Origin: Massalongia carnosa
Taxonomy: Eukaryota
Assembly: GCA_965645245.1 (NCBI GenBank)
Contig: OZ287073.1
Location: forward strand, 744,001-808,000
DNA length: 64,000 nucleotides
Direction of reading: 5' to 3'
The translations under genes were made by a program, and so were the position numbers. Numbering within the stretch: the first letter of the stretch is position 1; every line of letters begins with the position of its first letter. Shown here in pieces: positions 63,201 to 64,000 of the stretch. The notes under the pieces are model-generated. The model worked only from the letters and a program-made list of their open reading frames with translations, was not told the DNA's origin and searched no databases.

Positions 63201-64000
63201 TCCGACTGATTGATCCCCCAAAAACTCCAAAAGGTCTTGACTCATTTCTGAGCCGTTGCGTTGCTGAACTTTAACTCGAGCTGGATTCTTATCGTATATT
63301 AGGAGTTTCCCTGCTTTGCGTCTTTCGATCCTTTCAATTCTTCTGTCTGGCGTGACCGTCGAAATCCCTACTTTCGGACTTATACCACTGAAATGCAACC
63401 AAGCGCTGTCCGAGTAGGGGCTGGCTTCGCGTGCGGAGCGACCAGGTGAAGGGTCTTCACTCTTTTCAGATTCGTCACTCCACCAATTGCCCCTTTCGGT
63501 ATTCGTAAAATCCACTAGATTGGTGTTAAGCCAATCTGCTGTGAATTCGTGTCTTGAATACCGTTGTCCAAGAGGCGATGCTATTCCAACGACAGATTTT
63601 CTTTGCCGGCTAAGTAATCCAAAATGGTTTTTTTTTCTCCCTCCAGAACTAGCCTCCCGTTCCTGTAGTGAAATTAGGCCTTCTGAACTGCAATTTCTAA
63701 CACGGCTTGATGGAGACCCGTCCGCAGTGGTTATGCTAAGGGTTCGCTGGCGACGTCCCTTGCCCGAAAGAAAGTCAGGACTTGGGGGGGAGCCCCACAC
63801 CGCCGTATAATATGTACTACTATCTGACCTATGATGTAGTGGTGAAGAGAGTAATATGTGCGGGTAATTCAACGAGCCAGGAAATTCTGGACGCGAGGAT
63901 GGATGAGGTAACGGAAAGGCGAAGACTTGACTTGGCGAAGGAGCAGTCCAGACGCTAGACGATCTCGAATGCGCATTCGAGCTGGCTTCAGCACCTCTCC
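57261..64000 (-). CDS. Very large (>2200 aa) fungal coiled-coil protein with PAM2-like motifs; 5' end lies outside the window
   Basis: The frame is stop-free from 57261 to the window end. Long C-terminal heptad region, disordered N-terminus, WRGKACIIALP motif. Confidence 0.85.
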   Translation of the reverse strand, partial: RGAEASSNAHSRSSSVWTAPSPSQVFAFPLPHPSSRPEFPGSLNYPHILLSSPLHHRSDSSTYYTAVWGSPPSPDFLSGKGRRQRTLSITTADGSPSSRVRNCSSEGLISLQEREASSGGRKKNHFGLLSRQRKSVVGIASPLGQRYSRHEFTADWLNTNLVDFTNTERGNWWSDESEKSEDPSPGRSAREASPYSDSAWLHFSGISPKVGISTVTPDRRIERIERRKAGKLLIYDKNPARVKVQQRNGSEMSQDLLEFLGDQSVGDTGSLGLMPGEHTKTKDATSSVMARLIEKPLPPIPPPFDRTASEAPITNNAVSPVDVSLNSSRPSPVAQSSFQRARKRIVWRGKACIIALPLDDDSQNEGAARDYLKRQDVEDRLEMWKSQGYNTKGFSLSSTDDVSVHRSAEGQSCAIYPNPEDERKEPKNKCLRVSIPDRREWENYVNMLKEDKLRALGVSVGGEDTSVRHSPSLSLMSRHASSQSSAFPISPRLATCSMANTHSSQHLNPYSGQFPGSTVLGTHASVIPNAVHQQVKPGTSHLSRYSVAIPHMEKGLPPPYQFPPAQSPLLGSWSPQQQFFMSHPSSRVTSPPASGNMLGFSNTLPPLAISVIDHGGQSLNQNTSDLLPHMRQKQAQIQPQLLYQQNQQHHLLHPQLQETATGAPNPVEPSQLPGYSKQPEIVTPIPRGHRQNLSETLQKEVDEAELHLQQSEGRVNIESEKHSTYDIEARDGHEDELPVLENILRVIDKDFDCDDLDTNPSLSGTPQADRILFETGQPAHLTKSSLSKLNVNAPEFVFEPKKSLTPDVFAFLGNRDASQKITNEAALPSPISQLEHAPQTSPGKSNFNVAAPAFTPATAPIPGVPSRVFSFSPKGPSFNPDTPSFQPTGTSTSASDLTASSGGSGGKKIFGDLKLSEIVKPTKKSRAIPIMKPDEFVKDLDLDADGQEDESGRITQADGRQKRLRRGDDDSDQVPLFATQTPVSPSYILGVVPRTPEKSPRSLASNHGNTPTMEKASNSLKILDDLPGSQVVDLMDDNKIVHAENKPWEPFAFPNALDAAIFNAARSNLPSPGPPLSDNPGLFSNLVEGIPQNNTVLFPSSGYTDGQANGISGTIRNLELDLLLEPNQIDYTKPSTISRGTLVEDGKISSHSSRNMGSGSLHSVTYSTVSRSHQNGPTEKLREEPHHRETNLGGEPDVFGAAALDVTYLEQSYNEIDAVMKHLNEEDSDLGVERKMSPWSHRSPIQTPLTNLHNAPGVHQLLPVPHVRSDAPSPSPNRLKLPFQYLPESDSESPARADIEMVAHNARFSPSYRPSNVAIEGEASVHRLNSPGNLPISDWDDVVSSGDEFKLRASAGFFDQRIGGLVGGIVQQRLSPLEKALAAIQSSLLALSSRSASRRHQRSLSGEVEHSDADDEDDLEDTHSLVKSPVRDRRYDKRKASITETNGALENFASAAKVAEILEVVKDMKTSMQRPWQSSGEIKTVVEEAVARQLRGRSGPITSSHESATAEKNQLQIAGLESMLKIADARADDELQARRATEDALADSQRLLRMAMQEAAEQRESAEETERSLAAFHDERQQVLRRNAVLEGAQESMQKSASDLAEKNAALESTLEEYRLSSSQWRDEVEEAKTENNDLRRTITALKAEIEDSIRGRQTLRAKFDRLQEGMTLTSRDIARDQSIWRRREEDMKSRVDQLDETLKAESRTREKLEHEIVELVAQEREAANVRHSLEQGQQENARLKGLVDKLRTENDGHQKSAARYECELHNARESAKMEIHRTRTATQAEVEDARAQLDRVRSDLEANISRLKAELDGATADANSTKARHHLMLEEASDSRNTALREAAEAREAALQEHYRFHQRTLDEAKAQHERALKIVQEDKERFKIYLNSGLDLANEKVLHLQDKVSHLEEKLEIAKAAAQQLVAQSKKADSSPSANRASISHARGSDIPERISPQALRESIMVLQEQLQEREARIEELEQEHLTIDKDAPAKLKDQEIEITWLRELLGVRIDDLEDIITTVSQPSYDRVAVRDAAIRLKANLQMEQQEKERALAGGQSFPSLASISTLTSSPRALPLAAAAAWGNWRKAREMSFGSLAGITSGSPSETPSRASPSAASFLSGLLTPPGTKTRQTHQPDRNPGAPRPTSATSVRSGGAYRTPRQSISLSHYDEDRPLRVEEPPATPTLMRETSYDRDAESTEFGEGGEDGSEAGAYFGGKDDAREGPFGPDLNSFSKQLPG

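Overview
Gene-dense eukaryotic DNA from a filamentous ascomycete (Pezizomycotina). The evidence is short GT-AG introns with CTRAC branch points and fungal housekeeping genes: MSH5 (partial), EMC5, LSM8, a glutaredoxin-like gene, HpcH aldolase, TMA17-like, verprolin, CHORD-CS, PCP1 rhomboid, PhoD-like phosphatase, MOB2, LEO1, RPL1, ARG7, a CorA-like gene, ARF1, a Cu-only GPI-SOD and a giant coiled-coil protein. DNA transposons are interspersed: two MULEs, two pogo/Fot1 elements, one Tc1 relic and three MITE-sized elements. Four things stand out. (1) An intronless bacterial RtcB2-type RNA ligase with a full catalytic motif set, an extra N-terminal DCX/KHA-like domain, and an inverted pair of perfect Gcn4/CpcA sites in its promoter. 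(2) A fully resolvable four-element transposon nest at 26129-32965. (3) Two related ~250-260 bp MITEs with CAC...GTG termini, one with a demonstrable 5-bp TSD (Transib/Chapaev-like signature), both inserted into the TIRs of other transposons. (4) A recurrent intergenic TACRGAGTA motif. All family assignments come from motif recognition by eye; no database search was run.
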